Shown here: positions 23,536 to 35,600 of the stretch, one piece after another
How the letters are laid out: each line of letters begins with the position of its first letter
Numbering within the stretch: position 1 is the stretch's first letter
Assembly: GCA_002633005.1 (NCBI GenBank)
Contig: NMRA01000010.1
Span: forward strand, 2,080,027 to 2,116,587
Direction: 5' to 3'
DNA: 36,561 bases
DNA from: Phoronis australis
Lineage: Eukaryota > Animalia > Phoronida
Made by a program: the position numbers and the translations under genes
The notes under the pieces: model-generated
What the model saw: only the letters and a program-made list of their open reading frames with translations
Database searches by the model: none
What the model was told of the DNA's origin: nothing

Positions 23536-24565
23536 GTGTAGGCCTGCTATAAATGCCATCAGGTAAGTGTATTATCTTTGGTGAATTGGATAAAAGCAGA
23601 CGTTAGAATATGAGTTTCTGAAAACTAATATCAACTAGAGATTTCACTGGCAGATCTATGTTACCGTAAGGATGGAAAACGATTACGATTTTCGAAGATA
23701 AAATGTCTGCATAGCCCTTAAAAAGGCATGTCGACGGCGGTTTTTGTTTATTTGATCGTGGCCGTAGGAAGAGACCGGGCCTCTTCCCTCTCTAAATCCC
23801 GCAATGTTTTTACTTTGTTTTTTGTTTTTGTACATTTACTTAGAACACAAAGTTTTCTTGGTGTCAATAATAGTCGGTCGTTGACGATCACTGTGAAGCG
23901 AAAACAAATTTTACTCTAATCTTAAAGTGATAGTGTATACGTTTTCAGATTGGTACTCCGTTTCAACAGTTCTGAACTATTTGTTGGCGACGTTAAGCGT
24001 ATTTTAGTTGTTCTTCAGAAAATGAAGTGAACATTCAAACTACGTTTGATATTTCCCATTTTACGACAATGCACGTGGTACGATAAAAATGCACAGAGAT
24101 GTGTATCAGATCAAACCGCTAAACTTTTCAAAAAATTCAGTCATATAAACTGCAAAAGATAGGAGCATTTTGTGTAAACTTTCATTTTTGATCTTAAAAT
24201 TGATACTGCAAACAAATTTGCATACAGCAGTTTATTGTTGTATCTTTCAGGCTGCAGAAAAAGCGTTAAAAGCCGCACAGTTCGCCTAGGACGCCAATTT
24301 GATGTCAGAAACGGATAATGTAGCCTACATGGCTAGTACCCTCGACATGTCTGACGCCTGCCAACTGCGCGACTTAATCGATGTCCCCCGATCTCCGCTT
24401 GGAGATTGGACAAATATGTGGTACCCGGGTGTTTCCGTAAGCGAGGCTCCAAGACATTTTTTTAACGAATACCACGCCGAGGAAGCAACGAGGATAACCG
24501 GTGCAATTTTAGATATTGTTAGAGCGTTTCTCGAGAATCGAGGAGTGAATAATGACGTAACCTGA
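23440..24565 (+). pseudogene. Disrupted HEPN domain of the sacsin-like gene (end of exon 6 plus terminal exon 24251-24565)
   Basis: Spliced frame ...RQAVDDF...EES*V*ACYKCHQ|AAEKALKAAQFA*DAN...NMWYPG...EYHAEEATRITGAILDIVRAFL. CHQAAEKALKA is the HEPN signature. CAG|GTAAGT donor at 23563, tctttcAG acceptor at 24249-24250. Stops at 23533, 23539 and 24287; original TGA at 24563-24565. Confidence 0.85.
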
Positions 24566-24809
24566 AAGCAACAAAATTTAAAAGTTTGCTGGACTGAAAA
24601 TGCTTTAAAAGTATAAAACCACCTCAGATAAAAAGAAATTTCAATTTGTGTTGAGTTCCTCGGTGGTATATGTCGAGTCATATACTACCCTTGATTGGAA
24701 AAATGATAGTTAATCGTATAAGCTAAAGCACGCTAAAGTAGAACTACAAATGATCATCACGATATTTCTATATTGCATAACATTTCACAGTTCTCGGCTT
24801 GGACTTTTT

Positions 24810-24815
24810 AATAAA
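24810..24815 (+). terminator. Candidate polyadenylation signal AATAAA of the sacsin-like gene
   Basis: AATAAA about 245 nt after the ancestral stop codon, in AT-rich context. Confidence 0.4.
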
Positions 24816-25454
24816 AAATCGATTCTGATAAATTTTCTGTAGCTGCAAAAATGGAAAAGGGAAGTTCCCTTTCTTTTACCGTTTTGGCTTTGCTAGTTTG
24901 TCGTGGCGTGAAAAATATTCTTCAATTTCACGTAGTAATTAGAAATTAGCAAACGTGTCTGTGTGACTTCGTACTTCTTGTAGTGGTCTACGTGGGTTCG
25001 TTTGTTTGAAGTAGCGTAATTATGTACCATCTCCCTTGGCAGTGGTCAAACGGATGTAGACTAAGAATGGTCTGTGACGTCAGGGTGATGTGACCAGAGC
25101 TCTAATGGGCGCCCTCTGTTGTGGTTTGCCGAACTAAACAATGAACAAAACGAACCTATTGAATCGGTGGGCCCTAAGCTTGGGTATTTAAATGTAAAAT
25201 GTTCCTGGGTTTAAATTTCTATATTTTCGTATAACTTGCATATGCATTTTGTAAAAACCCTGACTATGATGAAATTTTAGGTTAGTACGCAATGCATCTT
25301 TATGGATAAAATGTTGCTTCGGGCATTCTGGCTGACACATTTATATATTGTTGGTCACTATGTATGTATATGTATATGTATATTTTTGAGTGTTTTGTTT
25401 TAATGAATTTTACTAATTCTTCATAAGTTAGTAAAGACAAAAAGTACATATTTT

Positions 25455-25558
25455 GGTAATGGTTGGTAATGTGTCCGAATTTTGAGAACCACTTTTCTCC
25501 ACTGAATAACGGGCATCAAACTGGTTATCAAAATACGGGCATGTTGTATCAGACTATT
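25455..25558. repeat. Inverted copy of the palindromic element at 6788-6890
   Basis: Reverse complement aatagtctgatacaacatgcccgtattttgataaccagtttgatgcccgttattcagtggagaaaagtggttctcaaaattcggac aligns to 6788-6874. Confidence 0.65.
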
Positions 25559-26390
25559 GGTCATAATTTTATAAAAGTTGGTATGTAAATGGCTTTGTAC
25601 AAATTTACGATTTTTTTATTCTAATCGTAATTTGATGTCTTGCAAAGACTCTTGTAATTATTATGGATTTTCCACCATTCACTGTATTCATGGGCATTCG
25701 ATGTGTTGTTCGTAACTTGTGGATTCGTCCAAAATCATGCTTCCTCACTGCCCATAGTTTGTTACGACTTGAATTAACATATGTAAACACAAGAACAGTG
25801 TGTAATACTTTCGTTACTTGCTTATACAAGAAAACAAAATTTCAAAGTAAGTGAGAAGACTGTCTTAATAGAGAACTTTCAGTGAATGGTGGAGAACTAC
25901 CTATAGATTAAATTCTTTGTTCACTGAAAATACAAATCTAAAATGATTTCAAGACTCACTCACAAAATTCTTAGCACTAACTGTTTCTTATTTAAAATAG
26001 GCATAATTAACTCGCCACTCGGTACGTTCTGTAGAAAAGACCCCAAGAATCTTTGCAATGTTTTAGGAGTGTGAAGTCCTTCAGGTTTTTGGAAGTCCGT
26101 GAACAACTGGGATTATTATTAGCTAGAGTTTGACTGATGTTATCTTTGGGAAAGTGATTGTGAAACATGTGATGAATATCCTTATTAAGTTAGTAAAACG
26201 TCCTACGTACATAAATTCCAGACTTCCCTGCTTGCAATGGCTGAACATGAAGTCTTTGAATATCATATCATATCATAAAAAATGTAATTTACTATAAGAG
26301 CGTGACTTATGAACATTTCAGAAAAATTTGGCTCCCTGTATAAGGACTTTTTTACACGCGTGACTTTAGTAGATTCCGGTGTGGATGTGG

Positions 26391-26422
26391 TGTGTGTGTG
26401 TGTGTGTGTGTGCGTGTGTGTG

Positions 26423-26476
<54 letters not shown>
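26391..26476. repeat. (TG)n microsatellite, ~43 units with two CG interruptions
   Basis: Directly visible. Confidence 0.97.
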
Positions 26477-26478
<2 letters not shown>

Positions 26479-26571
26479 CTTTATCAAAATACGATTTAAC
26501 CCCGACTGCAGGGTTAATGTTTATGACATTGATTACATTGTAAGTTTTGATTGTGAATACAATAAAAGTAT

Positions 26572-29500
26572 TTAAAAGGTTACTGAACGCACGCCAGGTT
26601 TCCGAATCGTTCTCTGGAGCGTCGAAGCACAGGGTTCGAAGCATATGCTGTAGAGGAATCGGTTTGAGCACTGTCTAAAATTAAAGAATTGGCGGTTTCT
26701 CGGAAGGACACTACCGTTGCCGTTTACGTGATAGGATCGTGATGTCGTACCCACCGCATTAACTACACCGTGTTGCCGAAGTCTGGTGCGAGGGTTGCGA
26801 ACTTGAACTGCTTGGCGTTGCTCTAGGGGTGATAACGATTTAGCGCTTTTCTGATTATAGTGCAAGGATTGCTTCCACTGCCGCTCTTGAAATTTCACGT
26901 TGGTATCACCACCATTCGGCGAAGACACAGTAGATTTGCCAACTGTCGGTAGTTTTGTTCGAAATTTTACATGATGATGCGATCTGGTGATCAATCGGAG
27001 TACTGCGCAAAACCAACATAGCCTAATGGGGATCAGCCAGTTTGTACAGTTCGTTCAATGAAGCCATTGGTTTGCGGATAATGACGGCTAGTTTTCGCAT
27101 GTGTGAAGCTATGGGTGCGACTGAAGTCTGCGAATTCGGATGGGATGAACGCGAGTCGTGACCAGTAGTCAGCTTGCACGGAATGTCACGTTCCTCGAAG
27201 ATACCCGTCATTTGTGCAATGGTTGTATTCGACGACATGTCACTCAGCTTGCAGATTAGGGGAAACTTGCAATGTCGCATTTTTACCATGTTATCAATGT
27301 CTCGATTTATGTTTGGTCAAAACATAAAGACTCTTGAACGCAACTTAAACTTCTCTGGTTCCTGACTAGCATAATGAATTTGATGCGACACGACTGTTTG
27401 CAAACTCGCTGGAATGATGATAGTGTACATATTAGTATCATCTCATCAGCTATAGTTAGTTCATCACGATAATTCTAGTAAGCGTGGAGCTAAGTAGAAC
27501 AGTTCGAGCAAGTGTTCGGTCAGCCACAACAATTCACGTCACGTAGCCGTTGCAATACAGGGTCGGTTGCAGTTGCTTCTCTGATTTGGGCGACTTGTGT
27601 AGTACTGGCATTGAGTAGTATGTGCAAGTGAATAAATGCAGATAAATCGAACCCAGCAATGACTTCTCCTGGGAGAGGAGAAACCCTGGACAATGCATCT
27701 GCAAGCGGTATTGCCTTACCAGGAACATACGTAATATTTGAGTCATAGCCCTGAATGCGAAGCAACAAACGAGCAAGGCGTGGTGGGGCATGTGCGATAT
27801 TCTTCTTGTTGATAGCTTCCAGTGGTTTGTGATCTGTCTCTATGGTCACGTGTCGACCAAAACCGTAATGGCGAAATTTACTGTCCAATGTTCGAATGCC
27901 GTGTCTCTGCCTCAGTAGCTTACTATTAATTTCGATTGTTCATTTGTCTGTCAGCAGGATTGCACCAAGTCCTCGCTGAGACGCGCTAACTTGTTTAGTC
28001 ACAGGTTTGGTACTGTCGAAGTACTGTAACGATCAGAGATTTGATCTGGTCAACGGCTTTTTGATGCTTTGGGCCCCATGCAAAATGTGTGGTTTTCTTA
28101 GCGAGGTCCCATAATATGGCTGACACCGACGCGAGCAAACGCTTGAACCCGTAACAACAGAATGGCCAGCGAAAAGTTGTGAATTATGAGCTCTCAGTAT
28201 CCAGCATTATGTTCCAGTTTCCACTTCAGGCGTCGATAATCGAGAAGTATTTTGCTCCACTGGGTTTCGGTAAGATATCTTTCACAGTCGGTGTGTAGTA
28301 ATGTGGTCGCTTAAGCGCACCATTGATGTCCTAATCTAACCATTAGGTTTTGTAACGCTTTCGACGGCTATGATACTTAGTGAGGACAAAGAATTAAACT
28401 CGGTTGTGAGCATATCTTTGAGTGCTTTCGGGGCTCAGCGTGGCAGGTGGACCACGAGAATGAACTTGTGATTACCTTTGAATCTCGGCAATCGGGGAAG
28501 TCTTCAAGAGCGATTCTTTTGACAGTCCAGTGTCTTATCAGTGAAGAGATCTCGGATCGTAGGTCCGCAGTGACTACAAAATATTACGTGTCGTTTTTGA
28601 ATCATGAAAGGGCATACAAGTCCCCGATGAGGAATGGCGGTTCCACCACAAGCTTTGATGGTGACAGAAGACGGGCACAGTTTCGGCTGTGATTTGAATT
28701 TCACGTTCACTGTTCACAGGCAAAACTGTCCCCTCTGCACCAGAGTCTATTTGGCACGCAGCAGCCAGTTTGTCGTTGTGACTGGATAATTCAGTGTTCA
28801 CAAGAGATTTTGTGTCCAAGGTTCCGTATCTTCCGAGGAACTGTGTATCAAACAACAATGAATGAGCAGACCGAAAATTGCCCTCTTGTTCCGAAACAGG
28901 CTTTTTAGGGCTCTGTCCATTAACTTCGATGTTTGCATTTGACTCTTACCGGGAGTTTGACGGGATTTGGCTTTTTAAGATGGTGGTTTGGGCTCACGAG
29001 AACAACAAAGAGCTTGCCAGTGACCTTTCTTTCTGCAATTGGCGCAGACAGAGCCAAATGATGGACACTAAGTCGGGTCGGAGACATGGCCCAAATCACA
29101 GCAAGTACAGAGTGGTGTGTGATTGATTGACGCAGCATGAACTTGGGCAATGCACCACTGATATCATGTGCGTGTGCTTTCGCAGCTTCAGGGGTGCGAA
29201 CAATATCGAGTGAGCAATCAAGAGTCAGATCACTTGCTTCGAACAGAGGTGACTACATGCATACTCTTGACTGCAAGTATCAAAGCATCGATGATGTGAT
29301 CATCAGGATTGTCATATTTACAGCCACTGCTTTTGTAGCCTTGCTGGAGCAGTCATAGTTTGTATCTTGTGATTCTGAAGTTTTTCTTGGTGCTTCATAG
29401 AGTTCAAAATTCGCCCAGAAGCTTTCCAGCTTTTTGTAATCAGTCACACTCATGCTCCACGTACAAATGATTTCTCTGCCCTCTCACCACCCCAGGTCTG

Positions 29501-29679
29501 AAGGGTAACCAGAGAAATAGAGTTCATATGAGTGTTTAGATTTCCAAAAGCGTGTTGGGTATCATATGTGTGGTTTCTAAAAAAGACTATTTTTACAGAT
29601 CACAAGTAGTTCTGTTGAAGAAACTCGCCGACCTGGTGAGTCTGGCGATTCAATGTTCGGATCAATTACCCTAACACCA
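26572..29679 (-). mobile_element. Decayed Ty3/Gypsy LTR retrotransposon internal region (gag-PR-RT-RH-IN)
   Basis: Minus-strand order: gag-like EGREIICTW...KKLESFWANFE (~29400-29490); protease CQIDSGAEGTVLP (~28720-28760); RT GAKYFSIIDA*SGNWNIMLD...FTTFRWPFCCYGFKRL (~28137-28262); RNase H LQYFDSTKPV...ASQRGLGAILL and TIETDHKPL...PPRLARLLLRIQGYD...YVPGK...LADALSR (27690-28030); integrase relics and RSYHV...RNRQF (26690-27400). RT-RH-IN order indicates Gypsy. Numerous stops and frameshifts. Confidence 0.88.
29666..29679 (-). other. Candidate primer-binding site of the Gypsy element, adjacent to a 5' LTR end (...ACA|TGGTGTTAGG)
   Basis: Minus strand reads gaacacA TGGTGTTAGGGTAA just upstream of gag; CA followed by TGG is the canonical LTR/PBS junction. 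The putative 5' LTR extends from 29680 upward, far boundary unresolved. Confidence 0.5.
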
Positions 29680-32600
29680 TGTGTTCTGCATTTGTTGTAG
29701 AACTTGAATAATGACGAGTGTAAGTGTCCATACGTGCATACTATTAGTAACCTTACTTAAGTGCAACCTGCAACATGTAAGTCATACATAAGCTCCATGA
29801 GTACCGTGAAGGCTGAACTAGTGGGTTATACTAGAATATAAACTGAAATACTGCTATTCAGTTCATTGCCATACATTGGCACACTTTTACTATTTATAGT
29901 AGTTAGAAGCATAGAAATACAGTCAATGGTCCTAAACACACAAAAATGAATCAGTTTATCAATAGTATGACTGACATCGCAGTGATGGTGCCATTCAACA
30001 TAGCCTTGGAACAAAACTGTGCACCGGTACTCAATATTTTGACGACAGCTGGCTAGCTACATTCAGTTGTGCCCTTGACTCCCGCCGTAGTGGGTATTCA
30101 ACTATTTCTGAGGAGGATGTTGCTATGAAATTATGATACCCAACCATTTGTATAACCAGCAAGATTAAACCTCACCTTTTGTGACTCTTAGTGAGGCGAC
30201 CTCCCCCTAGCAAGAGTTTTCCAGAGTTATTTGCTTCAGAAAATTCACATTAGCAAACGCCGTCAAGTCGGCTGAAAATTAAAAACGTGATGTCATTAAT
30301 GTGTTTCTTGAAATGTTGCACCTATAGGTTACAAACACACAACATGCCAAGAAATTTGTTTAACCATCTTGAACTTTACGTTGCTGATGTATTATATGAT
30401 TTATGTTGGGGATAGCATGAATGATTGGGGCTGGGCGTTAACATGGCCATGGGGCCCACAACAGGGCCACAACCTGTTCATTACAGACCCTTCCTCTGGT
30501 AGAAGATCATTTCAGTTTTGCGCTTGCCCGGCTCTCCACTCCGTGCCCCCTGTTCATGCAGTGCCTCCAGGTAGTCTCTTATTTCAGCCAAATTCATTGG
30601 TGGTCAACAATTTCGCGTTTGACAACCTCTGTTGATTATTTCTGGCTACACCAGTGGCGTCGAAGCTATAGGTTGAAGACCCGACTGCCACTCAAGTTGC
30701 ACATTCACTGCCTTGTGAAAGCATAGACCATAGTGAAAGTAACACCTGGTCCGTCGGTCAAATCTTTTTACTCGAGATTATTTTTGTGACAACTCAAAAT
30801 AAGTAACCTTTATTCTATATTCGAGTACATGGCAGCTGGCATTTAATGATCCCCGCATTTGGACTAAAAGTTCGAGTCCGGACTCGATATTTCAAGTGTT
30901 TACTAGAAATCCTGAGTTTTTTTTTTACCCAAAGTTTTAGCTCGAATCTAGTGGTCATTAAGTACAATCTTCAACTTGCAAAAAGTAGAATGGAAGTGAC
31001 GAAAACAATTTGGAGTTCGCTCTATCCATGCCGTCTGGAAAATTGTTTAGAAATAAATAATATCATTATTAGGGTAAACATTTTTGTGTTAACCAGTCAC
31101 TAAAGTTTAGAGCAATCGCATGCCAAGATTTTACACTTTACTTATTTATCAACCGCTGATGTTAGAATTTCCACCACTTCTGTTTCTAAACTGTCGAGGA
31201 ATAAAGTTGCTTAATAGGAAAGTGAAGAAACTCATTCATTGTATCTGTATTTAGTTTGTATAATACAACTGTTTCGAAAATTTCTAACTATTCTAAATTA
31301 GAGCACTTTTTTAAAACGTTTCCCCCCTTTTTGATGATAGAAAGGTTGTTAAGTTTTGCAAGGTTTTGGTTATCGTTCCAAACACTACTAAAATGGTCAC
31401 AGAAAAGTATGCGGAAACCGCGTTGACTAAGAGTAGAGTGAACAATGCAAAAACAAAATGAATCTTGAGGCCTTAAACCTTCAGAATTAATTTTTTAAAA
31501 GACTTTTGAGGCGGAATGCACTCTGCTAATTTTGAAGAGACCAAGTGGTGGACATCAGAGTAATTAGTTTGAGGGTAATCTGGAAGCCAGAAAACACCAT
31601 CTGAGCAGCACATTCCGAAAACAACTATTGTGTTTGTTGTTCAACCAACATTGTTTGGGCTAGGGATAGGGTTCATTTCAAACTCCTTGGGCTTTCAGAG
31701 TCCTCTTTACCAAGGGGTACTCCCACAGAAGGTTTATACGGGACATGACACTCAGCTTGGGGGTTTTTACAAACAGCACGTGTCTCTACAAAACGGTAAC
31801 TTTTCAATCCAGAAAAAAATCCTTACCAAAAAGAATCCTTTTCCCATTAGTACAACAGTTTTCACTCTGAGAGCTGTAAACACTGCAAATTGTACCCTTT
31901 TAATACTATATCTGGATTTTCAAAACGTTGGTATCTAGACACTCACTTTTGACAACACGGAATATCTGAGCATTTCGTCAAGCTTAATGGGTGAAAAACC
32001 ATATCTATCCAAAATCATTACGAAAGGGTTAAGTTTGTGGCATTAAGTACTAGTACACGAGAGCACCAGCCATGAGCGGCAAGGTGGGGGTCAGCCGATT
32101 TTCACCACATTTGGCACATAGGTAGTCCTATGGGATCTATAAACAGCGGTAAAATATTTCCTTAAAATATTGCGTTTTTCTAAAGTTATAGGTTCAAACA
32201 CATTTTACGGTTTCGCAGCCATGTTTTCACGGCATAAAAACTGTCCAGTTTTAACTGTTCATATTTTTCCTTGAATGAAAGCTATTGATTTATTATTCAC
32301 TTGGCATTGTTTAGTGGCGCCTATAGATTGTTACACAGATGTCTTGAAACACGATTCCGATTTACCACCCTCATTTAGAAGTTTTACTACACTGCCCCCC
32401 GTTATGCCATTTTGAGGTTGTGTTCAGTACACTACTGTACCAAATCTGCCCCCACTGTTATGAGAATGAAACTTTGCCAAGATGTTGACAAAACATGTTA
32501 CTTTCATTGCATAAAATAAAAACTTTGTCAGCCAGTTTATTAGTTATGTACTAAAATGAGAAATTTTCATATATCTGAGATCGATGCTTGAGCACCGTAA

Positions 32601-35600
32601 AATCCGATTGTTCTTCATGTTTTTCGATATTTTGCAACAAGTTAGTTCCTCTTCAATGTTTTAAACGTTTTACTACTCACCACGTAGGGCTACAGTACTC
32701 CTAAATACCATACATGGCTCCATTTTGTAAAAAGCCGATTATGTCCTCCACATTGAACAGGGTTAGACATAAACTCGACAAATGTAGGTTATTTTGATTT
32801 ACAGTTGTTTTACTTTGCAATTTCCTCATGGGTATTTCTTCACACATATTCAAGTCAGATTTTCTGTTGATCAAATGTTCATGCAATGCATTGTAATATC
32901 AAATGAATAAGTTTGGTGGCATGACCGCAATTTTTCCCACGTCTTAAAACAAAAGACCGCAGAAATTTTCCTGACGAAATACCGGGTTTGCAGTTCTCTA
33001 AAAACATTCGAATGACAAGACAAACTCCACCACTTTCCGTGGCAACTCGTCGCTTGTTTTTCGCCCATCGGTCCTATCATTGTTATCCTTTGTTATGTCA
33101 TTGTTGGACATAACAACACAGGTCGCATGGATATAGAACCTTGCGTACATCAGACCGTTGCCGATGAGTGCTGGTCATTATATCTTTATTATAACAACGG
33201 GAACACTGAAGATACTAATCTATTGTTCTCTATGCGACCAGGTTTCCCGTGGATGACCACAGAAGAGGAATCCCAAAGTATCCACAAACAATGACCACGC
33301 ACCTTAGTAACTACATGTATTACTGCGCACACGAATCCTTTCCGTGGAACACCAAATTTTTATATCTGTATTGTGTTGTATTGCTCATGGTACGGGTTTA
33401 GACTCTGTTGTATTAAGATTCCTATCCCCAACCCTGTAATACTGTATGTAGTTTGAGTAAAATTTCTAGACAATGTAGGTTTATGGATTTATTCTCCTTT
33501 AAATGAAGAGTAAAAATCAAATTCTGCACAGGTTTTTTAAAAGTAATCACTTATTGGAAGATCACATCTAAAAAATAAAACAATGTTTGACAATTTTATT
33601 CATTATCTTATTTGAAAATTGCCTACATCTTAGACAAGTCATCTAAGTTGAAAATATTCGTTGTGAAAAAATATGAAATACCAACCAGAGACTACAAAAT
33701 ATGTTTTCGTAATACATTGCAAAGATAACTGTACAGTCAAAAGTGCAAATGTTATGACTCTAGATCTTTTCAACACTCTGATTGCTTCAGGACAGAGTCA
33801 ACCACACAAAGCCCATAAAGTCATGGAATTACATTTAAGGTGATGTAGTCTCACTTCGAAAAAGTGATTTCGCAATATCGCTGACAACACTGGAAATCTC
33901 TTCTTCAAAAACTTGAGGTAGCTGTATTTACCACATCAATGTTCTTATCAAAACTAACCACCACAAAATGAAAAACTGGCTTGTCGGTTCCAATTAGGCA
34001 GCATTTCACAATGAAATCATCATGAAAAAATACTTTTGCAACATAGTTTGCATTACAATTGCCCTACGATTACAGTTGTACATACATACATGTACTAGAC
34101 CAGTAACAAAATTACCCATGGGAACCATAAAATGATCAATTTGCCAAAAAAAAAACAAGGACCCACCAGAGCTAATGTGCCAATACTCTTCAGTACTGCA
34201 ACAAAAAATCACTTGAAGTGGACTTAAACTCGCCTAAAATCACATAAAACAACTTTTGATTTAGACATTTTATCATCACAAATTAGGTATTACTTCCAGG
34301 TCACTTTTGAGCAATTTCAGAACTTTGAAAGATCAGGCAATATGCAATTGCTAGAGACCAGACTAATAGTGTGCGATTTTATACACACAGCATGGTCTCA
34401 AGGAATAGCAAACTGTCAATTCGCAAAATTAAAGAAATCACTTCCCATCTGGATAAGGAACAAACTGAGCAAAGTTTATAGAGGGTAAATGGTCTAAATC
34501 AAAACTTATTACCTCCTGGACAGAATATGGGTTTACAACCCAGGTAGAAAGATAAGTTAACAAAATATATAACCATTTACAAACAAAAATCAATAATGGT
34601 AAATAAAATGCGGAAACATAAATTCAGATCAATTACGCATCTTCAAGGAAAAGGAACAGTACAGTGGTCAGAAATCATCTAAATTAGATGGCCACACTGA
34701 AAAAACCTCTTAGACCAAAAAATCCAGTGGCTAAACGAAATGAACAATATACCATTACCATGTGGCCCAGGATAATGATCCGTACCTGAAAAAAAATTCA
34801 GTCTTAGACTAGCTAAATTTTAGATTTGTGCTGTTCACACAAGCAGTTCTGGTGCAAACAAAGCTTGCGACAACACACAAGCCTACTTCCCTACACAGCT
34901 GTGCTGATACAATAATGCCCCAACTGGATTTATCAGATCAGCCAGAGTATTTACAGGTCCAGACACTGTACTGTTTCATTTCTTTGAATTTTTACAATGC
35001 TACATCCTTGACAATCACAGAGTGCCTCTTTCAATGCATACTCCACTTCCTCTGTCCAAGCTTCCCCACATTTGCTGAGAGTGGCCTATCTCAACAAAGT
35101 ACTTTGGACCTGTTGTGGTATAAGCCAGTAATCTTTGGCAAATACTTTTTCCCCGACTGGTTCCTCAAACTACAAATTCTCTTTGACATATCTTCTGGGA
35201 GTAGACTTTACGGCCTCTCTCTAGCCCCCTCACTTAGTTGTCCAGAAGGGTACCTTCTTGGTGGTTGTGAACTTTTCCATACCCAACCTTTACTAATAAT
35301 CGACAAGTCTCCAACTTCAGCAGAAGCCACTTCTTCAGCATAAGCCTTTCCTGATTCCTAAAATTGTATTAATGAAAAAATTAAACACATTAAATTTAAT
35401 GTGACCATTTCGGCTCAGAAAATATGAATACCAAGCTAAAGTGAAGGCATCAATGTTTTTGACGGCTTTAGCATGTTTAATTAACTTCATAATCGCAGAA
35501 ATTCATTGCCAGACATAACATACTCCCCATTCTCTAAAAGTAGTTCATGGGCAGAAGTCATGTTACACATTTGGTGGTTGTTATGAAAAGTTATGATGAC

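Noticed and set aside
23533-24289. Stop-codon reassignment or programmed readthrough restoring the HEPN domain
   Set aside because: The stops appear to replace different residues (likely Tyr TAY, Trp TGG and a third residue), no TAA/TAG occurs in the previous ~3100 codons, and three successive readthroughs are implausible. Point mutations are the simpler explanation.
26263-26671. HT- and CV-repeat ORFs
   Set aside because: Translations of the (TG)n microsatellite.
32040-32705. DNA-transposon-like segment (ccgattttcaccacatttggcac)
   Set aside because: It resembles MITE subterminal sequence, but no convincing TIR pair or TSD could be defined.
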